Notes: a model not told the origin generated them from the sequence alone. A stretch of 64,000 bases of DNA from an uncultured Clostridia bacterium (GCA_937957765.1 CALFXG010000043.1:30213-94212); one strand, 5' to 3'; shown: positions 1 through 9,042, numbered from the stretch's first letter. Numbers and translations are program-made.

Positions 1-1
1 G

Positions 2-256
2 AACACCCTGCCCTGCACCGGCTGCCGCTACTGCACCACCCATTGCCCCCAGGGCCTGAATATCCCCTGGCTGATCGAGCTGTATAACGAGCATATCTAT
101 TCCGGCGGCGGCTTTATCGCTCCCATGGCCCTCAGCGCCCTGGACGAAAGCCAGAAGCCCACCGCCTGCCTGGGCTGCCGCTCCTGTGAGCAGGTCTGCC
201 CCCAGGGCATCAAGATCAGCGAAATGATGGCGGACTTCGCCGAAAAGCTGAAATGA
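2..256 (+). CDS. 4Fe-4S cluster-binding domain protein, C-terminal part (gene begins upstream of window)
   Basis: Open frame from window edge to TGA 254-256; two ferredoxin-type Cys motifs (CTGCRYCTTHCP, CLGCRSCEQVCP). Confidence 0.5.
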   Translation, partial: NTLPCTGCRYCTTHCPQGLNIPWLIELYNEHIYSGGGFIAPMALSALDESQKPTACLGCRSCEQVCPQGIKISEMMADFAEKLK

Positions 257-813
257 GCGCGTTGGAAGAAAATAAGCTGGGCACGGAGCGGGTCAGCAGG
301 CTGGTGGGCGTTCACGGCATCGACAACGGATTGATCCCCATTGTCGCATACAACTACGGCGTGTCGAATAAAAGCGGCGATGAAAGCGCGGCAAAGCGCG
401 TTTCGGACGCGGTAAAGTGGGCGCTGATCTTCAGCGTGCTGTTCTACTTGGTGTTCTTTGGGGTGCTGGAGCTTGCGCCGGGGGCAGTCCTGGGCATCTT
501 TGACGCATCCGACCATATGCTGCGGATCGGCACCCCGGCGCTGCGCGTGATGGCCCTGGCCTGGCTGGCAAGCATCCCGGCGCTGGTGATGTCGGCGGGC
601 TTGCAGGGGCTGTCCATGGGAATGAGCAGCATGGTCGTAACAATGGCAAGGCAGGCGTTGCTGCCGCTGATCTTTGCCTTTGCGCTCAGCCGGACGGGTG
701 AGCTGGACGATCTGTGGTTCAGCTTCGTCCTGGCGGAACTGGCAGGCCTTCCGCTGGCGGTATTCTTCTGGAAAAGGGGATACCGAAAAGGACTGCGGGA
801 GCCGCTGGCGTGA
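253..813 (+). pseudogene. MATE-family efflux transporter, C-terminal ~half only (truncated gene or remnant)
   Basis: 186-aa ORF resembling MATE/NorM TM8-12 (PIVAYNYGVSNK...ALRVMALAWL...). Full MATE proteins are ~450 aa; the ATG overlaps the upstream stop (ATGA). Confidence 0.45.
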
Positions 814-898
814 GATTCGATTTGGGGCAGGGCGCAGGCTCTGCCCTGATTTTATGGGAGATGCCCGGACTTTCCGTGATTTTACACAAAGGGGGCTA

Positions 899-927
899 TT
901 GACTTTTTGACGGTTTGCGGCTAGTAT
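899..927 (+). promoter_or_regulatory. sigma-A type promoter (TTGACT-17-TAGTAT) upstream of blaI-like gene
   Basis: -35 TTGACT at 899-904, 17-nt spacer, -10 TAGTAT at 922-927; an RBS and the ATG at 952 follow. Confidence 0.5.
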
Positions 928-951
928 TATGGCAGAAAGGATGATTGCAGC

Positions 952-1329
952 ATGCACGAATACCAGCTTGGCGCCATCGAAAGTCAGTTCGCGGACCTCG
1001 TTTGGGAAAATGAGCCGATCACGGCGGCGGACCTGGCCAGAAGATGCGAGGATGTTTTTCACTGGAAGAAGACCACGGCCTATACCGTGCTTAAGCGCCT
1101 GAGCAACAAGGGGCTGTTTGAGACCAACGGAGGCGTCGTCACCTCCCGGATCACCCGGCAGGATTTCTATTCCAACCAGAGCCGGGAATATGTGGATTCC
1201 CATTTCGGCGGGGACTTTCCTTCGTTCCTTGCCGCCTTTACCGCCAAGAAGCGGCTGACCGCCAAGGAGGTCGCCGCGCTGCGGAAAATTGTCGCGGAAT
1301 ATCCCGCGGAGGGGGAAGAGGAAGCATGA
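952..1329 (+). CDS. blaI: BlaI/MecI/CopY-family transcriptional repressor
   Basis: 125-aa winged-helix penicillinase-repressor-like sequence; overlaps the downstream M56 gene by 4 nt. Confidence 0.75.
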   Translation: MHEYQLGAIESQFADLVWENEPITAADLARRCEDVFHWKKTTAYTVLKRLSNKGLFETNGGVVTSRITRQDFYSNQSREYVDSHFGGDFPSFLAAFTAKKRLTAKEVAALRKIVAEYPAEGEEEA

Positions 1330-2201
1330 ATGCCCTGTTTTCCCGAATGCTGACCATGTGTCTGGCCGCCGGATGGATGGTACCCGCCCTGTGCTTGCTG
1401 CGGCTGGTCCTCTCCCGGTGCCCCAGGCGGTACGTTGTGCTGCTGTGGGGCATGGTGGCCCTGCGGCTGCTCTGCCCGGTGACGGTGAAGAGCCGCCTCA
1501 GCCTGGTGCCCCGAGGGTTGGCTTCCGTCCCTGCCGCGCTTCCGCTGTGCGCGGCCTGGCTGACGGGGGTGGCCATTATGCTGCTCTGGGGCGGCATTCG
1601 TCTGTACCGTCTGCGCAGGAAACTGGCGGAGGCGGTATGGTGGAAGGAAAACGTGTGGCGGTGCGACCATTTGCCTGCACCCTTTGTGATGGGCTTCGTC
1701 CATCCCAGGATTTACCTGCTCTCCGACTTGCAGCCGGAGGATGCCGCGCTGGTGCTGGCCCACGAGCGCGCCCATATCCGGCGGGGCGATACCGTCTGGA
1801 AGGCGCTGGCCTATGTGCTGCTGAGCGTGTATTGGTATCATCCGCTGCTGTGGCTGGCCTATTGGCTGTTCTGCCAGGACGTGGAGCTGGCCTGCGACGA
1901 GAAGGTAGTGTCGGAGTTGACCCCGGCGGAGCGCCGCCGGTATGCCGGACTGATGATCACCTGCGCTGCGCCCAATGCGCCGGTGCCCGGCTTCGGCAGC
2001 CATGGGCTGAAAACCAGAATTCACACCGTTCTGGGCTATCGCAAGCCGCCCAGATGGGCGACCCCTGTGTTCCTGGCGGCGCTGGTGGTGGCCTCGGTCT
2101 GCTTCCTGACGGATGCCCGGCCCGCCTATTCTCCGTCCGTCCACTCGGCGGCGGACCAGTTCTTCCAGGAGCTGACCGCCATCGCGGCAGTGATAGAATA
2201 A
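1326..2201 (+). CDS. BlaR1-type M56 membrane metalloprotease (no C-terminal sensor domain)
   Basis: N-terminal TM helices and an HExxH motif (HERAHIRRGD). The 291-aa length lacks a transpeptidase-like sensor domain. Confidence 0.7.
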   Translation: MNALFSRMLTMCLAAGWMVPALCLLRLVLSRCPRRYVVLLWGMVALRLLCPVTVKSRLSLVPRGLASVPAALPLCAAWLTGVAIMLLWGGIRLYRLRRKLAEAVWWKENVWRCDHLPAPFVMGFVHPRIYLLSDLQPEDAALVLAHERAHIRRGDTVWKALAYVLLSVYWYHPLLWLAYWLFCQDVELACDEKVVSELTPAERRRYAGLMITCAAPNAPVPGFGSHGLKTRIHTVLGYRKPPRWATPVFLAALVVASVCFLTDARPAYSPSVHSAADQFFQELTAIAAVIE

Positions 2202-2205
2202 AAGC

Positions 2206-2252
2206 CGAAGCCACCGTGCGAAAAAAGTCGTGCGGTGGTTTCGTTCTTTTTA
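2206..2252 (+). terminator. rho-independent terminator after blaR1-like gene
   Basis: Hairpin ccaccg..cggtgg followed by tttcgttcttttt. Confidence 0.45.
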
Positions 2253-2344
2253 CTTGACAAAAGCTTCTACATTTCGTAGAATTATGGTAGCTCTACGGGT
2301 GTAGAAGGATAAATTTAACACATTTTTAGAAAGGAAATGAAAGA

Positions 2345-2692
2345 ATGAAGAATCACGCTTGCAAAAAATTTGTCTGCCTCCTTTGCGCCGTCCTGCTTAT
2401 GGCAGCGGCAGTGGTGCCCGCTTACGCGGATGATGATTCCATCTCGCTCAGTTCCAACCCCGTCACCGACGGCAAAACCTGCGGCTCCTGCGGCCTAAAC
2501 TCCATGGTCCCCACCGGGGCAACGAGGTCGACGGTTACTTACTTGCATGTTAATGCCTGCCCCAATACTGGCTACGTAACAGCGGAACACGATCATATTG
2601 TTCGAACGGTTTACGCATCTTATTCGTGCACCAATTGCGGTAGTTGGGGCGAAATGATGACAAGCAGGACAATTGAATGCCCGATTACTTGA
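2345..2692 (+). CDS. small secreted cysteine-rich protein (signal peptide, 7 Cys in mature part), hypothetical
   Basis: N-terminal signal peptide ending AYA; CGSCG and CTNCG motifs; lies in a low-GC islet. Confidence 0.5.
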   Translation: MKNHACKKFVCLLCAVLLMAAAVVPAYADDDSISLSSNPVTDGKTCGSCGLNSMVPTGATRSTVTYLHVNACPNTGYVTAEHDHIVRTVYASYSCTNCGSWGEMMTSRTIECPIT

Positions 2693-4011
2693 AAAAAGAG
2701 ACGATAAGGAGCTTACGCCGACTTGCAGTAACAGCAGTTATTTTCCTGCTGGCGCTGGGCTGTGGATCCTGGGTGACAGCGGAGGAGCCGGAGATTACGC
2801 TTTGGGTGGTCACGGAGAGAACCCAGGAAACGGGAATGAACAAAATTGTCCAGGATGTAGTGGAGGCGTTCTCTAGTGCACATCGCAATGTCTCCTTTAA
2901 CCTGGAAATTCTTCCGATTGGCGACCGGGATCGTGCTCGACGTATGGACGAAATTTGGGAATTGATAGAGCAAGGAGACGGGCCGGATGTCCTTCTTTTG
3001 CCCACGAAGGCTGCCGCAAGTCAGGGAATGAAAAGCAAAGGAATTGAGCCCCTTTTTTCGAGCATTCCTTATGCCATGCGTCAAGGGAGATTTTTAAATA
3101 TTTCCCAGTACTACGATAAAGACGAGGCACTTGATAAGAATGGACTTCAGCAGACAGTGATGGATGCGGGCTGCGTGGGTGATAAGCGTTTTCTGTTGCC
3201 AATATGTTTTAGTCTGAATGCCTATTATTTCCTGTCCGACAGTGTGAATTCAGATTTGTGGCCAGACATGACAATTCTGGACGTAATGGACTACGGAATT
3301 CGTTCTGATGATTCCCTGCTGGCGAAAATACTGACAGCAAACTCAATAGCGATGTATCGTCCAGAGATGGTTTTTTCTAGTTTGATTGACTATGACACTG
3401 GTAGAGTTACTCTTTCATTTGGAGAAGCGGAGGAGTTTTTTGACCGTTTCCAGAAACTACGTGAAATGGCTGAGGAAGACGGGGCAGAGGATTATATATC
3501 AAATAGCTCCTCAATCTGGGGATATGTCAAGACGCCTGCATCAAAGCGCGTATTATATCCGTGTTATCTTGAAGGAATATCCCATGTAATGGCACTTCGG
3601 GGGATTTCGCAACTGGAAAACAAGGAACTCAGTGCTATTCCACTACGTGCATCTAATGGCGCAGTGACGGCAATGGTAAACTATTACGGTGCGATAGGTG
3701 CGAACTGTAAAAACTCAAGGACGGCCTACGAATTCTTGAGAATGTTCCTGCTCCCGGAATATCAGTGGCAAGTGAGTGAGACTGATATTCTGGCCTTAGA
3801 CGGTTGGCCTGTTCGAGTCAAGGGCTCGGTGGAAGCAATGTGGGCGCAGATATGCAATAACATCGATTCCCAGAAAATCCGCCATCAGTTGGAGTCTCTA
3901 GGTGCGTCCGATGTATGGGTGACTGAACTTACCGATCAAATTACCCGTGCAGAGTTCCGCATTGATATCTATTTGACAAACTCCTTAGAGCAAATAAATT
4001 CTACAAAATAG
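2677..4011 (+). CDS. lipoprotein with extracellular solute-binding-protein-like fold (orphan, no permease genes)
   Basis: Lipobox LALGC; SBP-family-1-like N-terminus (ITLWVV...PDVLLLPT); low-GC region. Confidence 0.5.
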   Translation: MPDYLKKETIRSLRRLAVTAVIFLLALGCGSWVTAEEPEITLWVVTERTQETGMNKIVQDVVEAFSSAHRNVSFNLEILPIGDRDRARRMDEIWELIEQGDGPDVLLLPTKAAASQGMKSKGIEPLFSSIPYAMRQGRFLNISQYYDKDEALDKNGLQQTVMDAGCVGDKRFLLPICFSLNAYYFLSDSVNSDLWPDMTILDVMDYGIRSDDSLLAKILTANSIAMYRPEMVFSSLIDYDTGRVTLSFGEAEEFFDRFQKLREMAEEDGAEDYISNSSSIWGYVKTPASKRVLYPCYLEGISHVMALRGISQLENKELSAIPLRASNGAVTAMVNYYGAIGANCKNSRTAYEFLRMFLLPEYQWQVSETDILALDGWPVRVKGSVEAMWAQICNNIDSQKIRHQLESLGASDVWVTELTDQITRAEFRIDIYLTNSLEQINSTK

Positions 4012-4018
4012 GTTTAAA

Positions 4019-4060
4019 ATCACCCGGAAATGCACGTTGCGGCATTCTCCGGGTGATTTT
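4019..4060. terminator. bidirectional terminator between convergent genes
   Basis: Perfect 9-bp hairpin atcacccgg/ccgggtgat followed by TTTT; the flanking genes converge. Confidence 0.6.
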
Positions 4061-4616
4061 ATGTAAGTTCTGCGGTCAGGCGTTGGGTCAGCAGGCAGCA
4101 GGCGCGGAAGGCGTAGTCTGTGTCGGTCTCTACGCAGCCGGGGAGCCGGGCGTAGGCGGTGTGCATCCAGCGGATCAGCGCGGCGGGGGAGCCGCGGTAG
4201 CGGCAGGAGGGCACCGGGCGGCGGCGCACCTGGGCCAGAAAGTAGTTTTGAAGTCCGGCCTCATAGGCCCGGTGTTCCTTCAGTTTCTTTACAAAACGCT
4301 CGTCGTGGGCATAGGTAAAGGCGTCCATGGTATAGTGGACCAGCTTGCCCAGGCAGTAGTAATCCCAGGAGGTATAGTGCTGCTTCCCGTCCAGCCGCAT
4401 GGCCAGCCGCATCATGAACCGATTGGAATTGCTGTAATTGTGCCCCCGCATCCACTGGCTGCGCAGGGAGCCCTTCAGATAGGTCGCCGGGTTTTTATCC
4501 GGCTGGGTGCACCCCAGCAGAAATACCTTTGCCTGCCCTGGGGTGGCCACCGGCAGATATTCCCGCAGCAGGATCCGCCCCATGGCCGCATGGCTCTTAT
4601 TTCTCATTTCCCACAC
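4059..4616 (-). CDS. zinc-dependent phospholipase C family-like protein
   Basis: Trp at position 2 and the spacing HYTMDAFTYAHDE match the H-x3-D-x5-H Zn-ligand pattern of the PLC/P1-nuclease fold. Confidence 0.45.
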   Translation of the reverse strand: MWEMRNKSHAAMGRILLREYLPVATPGQAKVFLLGCTQPDKNPATYLKGSLRSQWMRGHNYSNSNRFMMRLAMRLDGKQHYTSWDYYCLGKLVHYTMDAFTYAHDERFVKKLKEHRAYEAGLQNYFLAQVRRRPVPSCRYRGSPAALIRWMHTAYARLPGCVETDTDYAFRACCLLTQRLTAELT

Positions 4617-4749
4617 CTCCCAGGCCGCGTCATTTTATTTCCGGCTGCAATTATACCACGCTCATTGGGGAAATTGTGAATATTCCACAAATATTTCCCT
4701 GGAAAAAACCACCCCGCGGCGCTTGGCCGCGGGGTAAATCAAATATGGC

Positions 4750-7700
4750 TTACGAAATGCTCAGGCTCACGGAGGCGGCGGCGGTGCCGTTGAAGTAGAT
4801 ATCCAGCGTGTAGTTGCCCGGCGCACTGGGGGTGGTGGGGACATTCAGCCCGGCGTAGGGGGAATTGGCGAACATGTCGCGCCACACCAGCGTTTCCTCG
4901 CCCACCAGCTCCGGCGCGACCTGGCCCTGGCTGTCCCGGTAGACGTACAGGACGTTGATCTCCTCATCGTCCAGGTACACGCCGTAGCTGTTTTGCAGCA
5001 GGACGGAAATGGACTGCCCGGCGGTGAAGCTCTGGGTGAAGCGGTCGCTGGAGACAGACCCGGAGGCCCAGCCGGCTTCCGCAGGCGTCTCCAGCAGCTT
5101 GACCGACAGGCTGCTTCTGGAAATGCCGTGGCCGCTGTAATCGGGAGCGTCGGGGCAGGTATAGACCTGGGTGCCGCCGAAGACGGAGACGCCGTCGGAG
5201 GTCTGGATGGTGAAGTGGTAGACCGCGCCGGGGATCCGGGGCGCCACGGTGGCGGTGGCGCCGTTGGCGGTGACGGCGCTGGGCAGGTCGCTGTCGTCCA
5301 GCGTGTAGATGACCTGCCAGTTGCCCTCCGGGGGATTGCCCCGGAACTGCCAGTTCAGCGTCAGCAGCTGCCGGTCGGTGTCGTCCACCTGGAAGCTCGT
5401 CAGCGTGATGGGGTTGGCGGAGACGGAGATGCGGGTGAACTGGTCCATGCCCTTGGCATAAACATCCACATTGTAGGACTTGCTCTCGGACAGGCCGGTA
5501 AACACGGCCTTGGTCTCATAGAATTCCTGAGTCTCGTCGTAGCCCTCGCCGCTGCAATGGACGATCCACGCATCCGGGTCGATGGAGGCGGTGTTGCCCC
5601 ATTCCACCGTCAGCGTCCCGTCCTGATAGGAGGTGACCGCCAGATCCCGCACGCCGATGATCTGCACCGGGGTGAACTGCACGGTGTTCTGCCCGCTGGC
5701 AGGGCTGTGGTTGATGCCGCTGAGAATTTCAATGCGGAAGGTATAGAGCTTCCCGATGGCCAGATTTTCCAGGGTGACATTGTGGCCGGTAAAGGTCTTT
5801 ACCAGCTCCGGCTCGCCCTCGGCAGAGTAGTACACCTGCCACTGGTCCGGCTCCGCGCCCTCCACGATCATGGAGAGGGACACGCTTCCGTCCGTGTTGC
5901 CGGTGCCGGCATTCAGGGCGGCCAGCACCGTGTTGCCCTGGGTGGTGAATACCTGGGAGACGGGACTGGTCAGCTTGTGCAGGCCGGTGACCTGGACCTG
6001 GATGTTATAGAAGGTACCGGCGGTGATTTTGTCAAATTCCGCCTTGCCGTCCTGCACCGCCTGGGTGTAGGAGTTGCCGTAGGGGTCGGTGCACACCACA
6101 TTCAGCAGGCCCTCACGCACCTGGGAATCCACCCGAACCACCAGCTTGCCCTGATCCTCCTGGACGGTGATGCCGTTGACGGTTTGCAGGTATTCGCTGG
6201 TATAGTACATATAGCCCCACACACCGGCTGCCAGCAGCAGGCAGAGCAGGAAGATGGTAAACAGCACGCCCACGGCGGATTTCTTTTTCTTCGGCGGCTT
6301 GATGACCACCGGCTCCACATGGGGATGGGTCTTTCGCTCCATGGTCACGGGCTTTTCGGAGGAGCGGAGCAGCTTGCTCAGCGACGCGAGCTCCTTGTCT
6401 AGATCCTCGTCCCCAATGGCGGTGGGCCACAGGTCCTCGTCCTCATGCTCGGTCAGGGACGCGAATTCATTGTCAACCGCCGCGTCAGCATCGGCAGGGG
6501 AGAAGGTGTATTCCTCCTGCGTCCCGGACGCTTCCCCGGCGGGAACGTCAGCGGGAGCGTCAACTGCCTCCGGCACATCCCAAACGGTTTCAGAGGCTTC
6601 AACGGTTTCGGTTTCCTCGACGGTTTCCTCCACCGTCTCGTTTTCCGCAATGGTTTCCCCGCCGGCATCCTCCTGAGCGGGGATCTCCGCCGGTTCCGTT
6701 ACGGTGGCGTCCTCCGGCTTCGGAATGGCATCTTCGGCGGCGTCCTCCGCCTCCGGCGCTTCCGCGGCGGTCTCATCCACCGTTTCCTCCGCCGGTTCCG
6801 CCTGGGCAGCCTCATCCGCTTCCTCCGGCGCTTCCGCCCCGCCGTCCTGACTGACCGGGGCGGCGGCTTCACCGGCGCCCGGCGTCTCGGAGGCGATCGG
6901 CTCCATGATGGGCACGTTGTTGATGGTGTTGCGCTGCATATAGTCGATCAGCGCCTGGCGCATCTCGGCAGGGTCCTGCCAGCGCTTGGCCGGGTCCGGG
7001 TCGCAGGCCCGCAGCAAAATTCCGGCCATTTCCTCGTCGGCGGTGGCGGGGGCGCTCAGGGGCTTGTCCGGCTCCTGGGGCAGGGCCCCGTTGTTGAAGA
7101 TCTGATACAGGATCATGCCTACGCAGTAGGTATCCGCCGTCTCGTTCAGCACGGACAGATCGTCCATCAGCTCCGGGGCGGTGTAGCTGCTGCGGTATTT
7201 TTCCGGCATGGGGGTATATTTCAGGGAATCCAGGGGAATAAAGCCCAGATCACCGATCTTGTATTCCTTTTTGTTGGAAATGAAGATGTTGGAGGGCTTC
7301 AGGTCCACATACAGCATCCCCGCCCTGCGGCAGGCGGCCAGCGCCGTGCACAGGTCGATGCCCAGGTTCACCGCCTCCAGGTGGGATACGGCGTGCCGGT
7401 GCATATATCGCTCCAGGGTGAGCCGGAACCCGCTGAGCAGAAATACCTCGTAGCCGATCCTGCTTTTCTGCATCGGCTCCATCTGGCAGCCCTCGTAGGG
7501 GACGAACCCCTCCAGCCGGGACAGCTCCTGCAAAAGCGCGGTCTCCTTTACAATATCCTCGGCCAGGGAGCGATAGTATTCCGCCGCCTCTGCCGAATTC
7601 TTGTAAGCGCCGGTGATGAGCAGCGCATCCAGCTGCGTCTGGGACGCGGGGATGGAGATCACCTTTACGATGTATTTCCGCTGGGAATCCGCCCGCACGG

Positions 7701-7821
7701 CCGGGTAGCAGCGGACCCCGAAGTGGTCGCCCACCGGGTTGCCGACGGCAAATCCATCCAGCAGCGGAGAGACACTCAGTTGTTCAGGCAATGTAATCGC
7801 CTCCTTTATCCCCTGTATCAT
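4750..7821 (-). CDS. membrane Ser/Thr protein kinase (Hanks-type, divergent catalytic loop) with large FN3/Ig-like repeat ectodomain
   Basis: Kinase subdomains present: KYIVKVI Lys, catalytic loop YVDLKPSN (HRD replaced by YVD), DLG, APE. Acidic E/T/A-rich linker, one TM helix (VGVLFTIFLLCLLLAAGVWGY), then about six ~90-aa beta-sandwich repeats. Confidence 0.7.
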   Translation of the reverse strand: MIQGIKEAITLPEQLSVSPLLDGFAVGNPVGDHFGVRCYPAVRADSQRKYIVKVISIPASQTQLDALLITGAYKNSAEAAEYYRSLAEDIVKETALLQELSRLEGFVPYEGCQMEPMQKSRIGYEVFLLSGFRLTLERYMHRHAVSHLEAVNLGIDLCTALAACRRAGMLYVDLKPSNIFISNKKEYKIGDLGFIPLDSLKYTPMPEKYRSSYTAPELMDDLSVLNETADTYCVGMILYQIFNNGALPQEPDKPLSAPATADEEMAGILLRACDPDPAKRWQDPAEMRQALIDYMQRNTINNVPIMEPIASETPGAGEAAAPVSQDGGAEAPEEADEAAQAEPAEETVDETAAEAPEAEDAAEDAIPKPEDATVTEPAEIPAQEDAGGETIAENETVEETVEETETVEASETVWDVPEAVDAPADVPAGEASGTQEEYTFSPADADAAVDNEFASLTEHEDEDLWPTAIGDEDLDKELASLSKLLRSSEKPVTMERKTHPHVEPVVIKPPKKKKSAVGVLFTIFLLCLLLAAGVWGYMYYTSEYLQTVNGITVQEDQGKLVVRVDSQVREGLLNVVCTDPYGNSYTQAVQDGKAEFDKITAGTFYNIQVQVTGLHKLTSPVSQVFTTQGNTVLAALNAGTGNTDGSVSLSMIVEGAEPDQWQVYYSAEGEPELVKTFTGHNVTLENLAIGKLYTFRIEILSGINHSPASGQNTVQFTPVQIIGVRDLAVTSYQDGTLTVEWGNTASIDPDAWIVHCSGEGYDETQEFYETKAVFTGLSESKSYNVDVYAKGMDQFTRISVSANPITLTSFQVDDTDRQLLTLNWQFRGNPPEGNWQVIYTLDDSDLPSAVTANGATATVAPRIPGAVYHFTIQTSDGVSVFGGTQVYTCPDAPDYSGHGISRSSLSVKLLETPAEAGWASGSVSSDRFTQSFTAGQSISVLLQNSYGVYLDDEEINVLYVYRDSQGQVAPELVGEETLVWRDMFANSPYAGLNVPTTPSAPGNYTLDIYFNGTAAASVSLSIS

Positions 7822-7856
7822 AATCGAAAATTACAAAAATTGCAATATGTTTGTGC

Positions 7857-7885
7857 TTGTTTTCTTGAAACAAGTGTGCTATAAT
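7857..7885 (+). promoter_or_regulatory. promoter TTGTTT-17-TGcTATAAT (extended -10) with overlapping 7-bp inverted repeat CTTGTTT-N5-AAACAAG
   Basis: -35 at 7857-62, -10 at 7880-85; IR arms at 7856-62 and 7868-74; lies in the 113-bp divergent intergenic region. Confidence 0.5.
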
Positions 7886-7934
7886 GTGTCGAAAGGATGG
7901 GTAGGTCTATCCATCAGGTCAGGAGGTATCTTTT

Positions 7935-9029
7935 ATGAGCAAGATCGTATGCGATATCTGCGGCACCACCTATGATGATTCCACAGGTGCTTGCCCGGTT
8001 TGCGGCTGGAATCCCAGGACCACACTGGAAAGCACTTCCGCCGATGACGATATTCTGAACGATGATTTTTCCCTGGACGATGCCGATTCGTCCGCCACGC
8101 CCCCCCAGAAGGGCAGGGCCGTCTTTGATTACGACGCGGTGAACACCCACCGCCGCCGCCCGCCCCGTCCCGCACCCGCTCCGGCCCCCGCGCAGGAGGA
8201 AGAGGACGAGGAAGAGGAATCCGGCTCCAATAAATTCCTGGTGTTTATCCTGGTGGTGCTGATCCTGGCCCTGCTGGCGGTCAGCGGCTACATTGCCTAT
8301 ACCAAGCTTTGGAAGCCCAAGAACATCGGCGACGACAGCAACCGTCCCCAGGAGACCGTGGCCACCCTGCCGCAGGACGGCGGCGAGACCGTCTTCGGCG
8401 ATGAGACCGTTGCCACCGAGGATCCCACCGAGGTCACCGAGCTGACCATCCCCTGCACCGATCTGTCCCTGGTTGCGACCATGGACACGCTGACCTTTGC
8501 CGGGCAGTATTGGCGTCTGATGGTCAAGTGCACCCCCGAGGATACCACCGATAAGGTGGCCTTCACCTCCGGTGACGAGAGCGTGGTCACCGTGGACGAG
8601 TATGGCCGGGTCACCGCTGTGGGCGAGGGCGAGACGGTGATTGTGATCACCTGCGGCGAAAAGCGGCTGGAGACCCCCGCTGTGGTCAAGTTCGCCGCCG
8701 AGGAGACCGAGGCCCCCACCGGCGCCACCGATGCTCCCGCCTCCGGCACCTCCGGCACGGGCACCGGCACCGGCACCGTGGCGACGCCCAGCTCCGGCTC
8801 CGTGCTCAAGCTGAAGCGGACGGATATCACCATCAGCCGCCGGGGCGTGTATGTCACCCTGGAGCTGGAGAACGGCATTACCGCCGAAAGTGTCAAGTGG
8901 TCTACCAGCGATTCCAGCATTGCCACCGTGTACAATGGCAACGTCACTGCCATCGGCAAGGGCACATGCGTGATTCGTGCGGAGTATGACGGCCAGGTGG
9001 CCGAGTGCGTGGTTCGCTGCAAGTTCTGA
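7935..9029 (+). CDS. zinc-ribbon / transmembrane / Big_2 (bacterial Ig-like) domain protein
   Basis: N-terminal CDICG...CPVCG zinc ribbon, Pro-rich segment, TM helix, two Big_2-like repeats (ESVVTVDEYGRVTAVGEGETVIVITC; SSIATVYNGNVTAIGKGTCVIRA). Confidence 0.6.
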   Translation: MSKIVCDICGTTYDDSTGACPVCGWNPRTTLESTSADDDILNDDFSLDDADSSATPPQKGRAVFDYDAVNTHRRRPPRPAPAPAPAQEEEDEEEESGSNKFLVFILVVLILALLAVSGYIAYTKLWKPKNIGDDSNRPQETVATLPQDGGETVFGDETVATEDPTEVTELTIPCTDLSLVATMDTLTFAGQYWRLMVKCTPEDTTDKVAFTSGDESVVTVDEYGRVTAVGEGETVIVITCGEKRLETPAVVKFAAEETEAPTGATDAPASGTSGTGTGTGTVATPSSGSVLKLKRTDITISRRGVYVTLELENGITAESVKWSTSDSSIATVYNGNVTAIGKGTCVIRAEYDGQVAECVVRCKF

Positions 9030-9042
9030 TCATAATTCAAAA

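Noticed and set aside
1167-2257. ORFs 1167..2144 (-) and 1289..2257 (+) overlapping blaI/blaR1
   Set aside because: They are out-of-frame or antisense to the BlaI/M56 genes, which show family motifs (HExxH). The products are low-complexity.
4993-7884. Long + strand ORFs (4993..6402, 6445..7884, 6254..6676) inside the kinase gene region
   Set aside because: They are antisense to a well-supported kinase/FN3 CDS. Their products are R/G/A/V-rich low-complexity sequence typical of GC-rich antisense frames, with no RBS or motifs.
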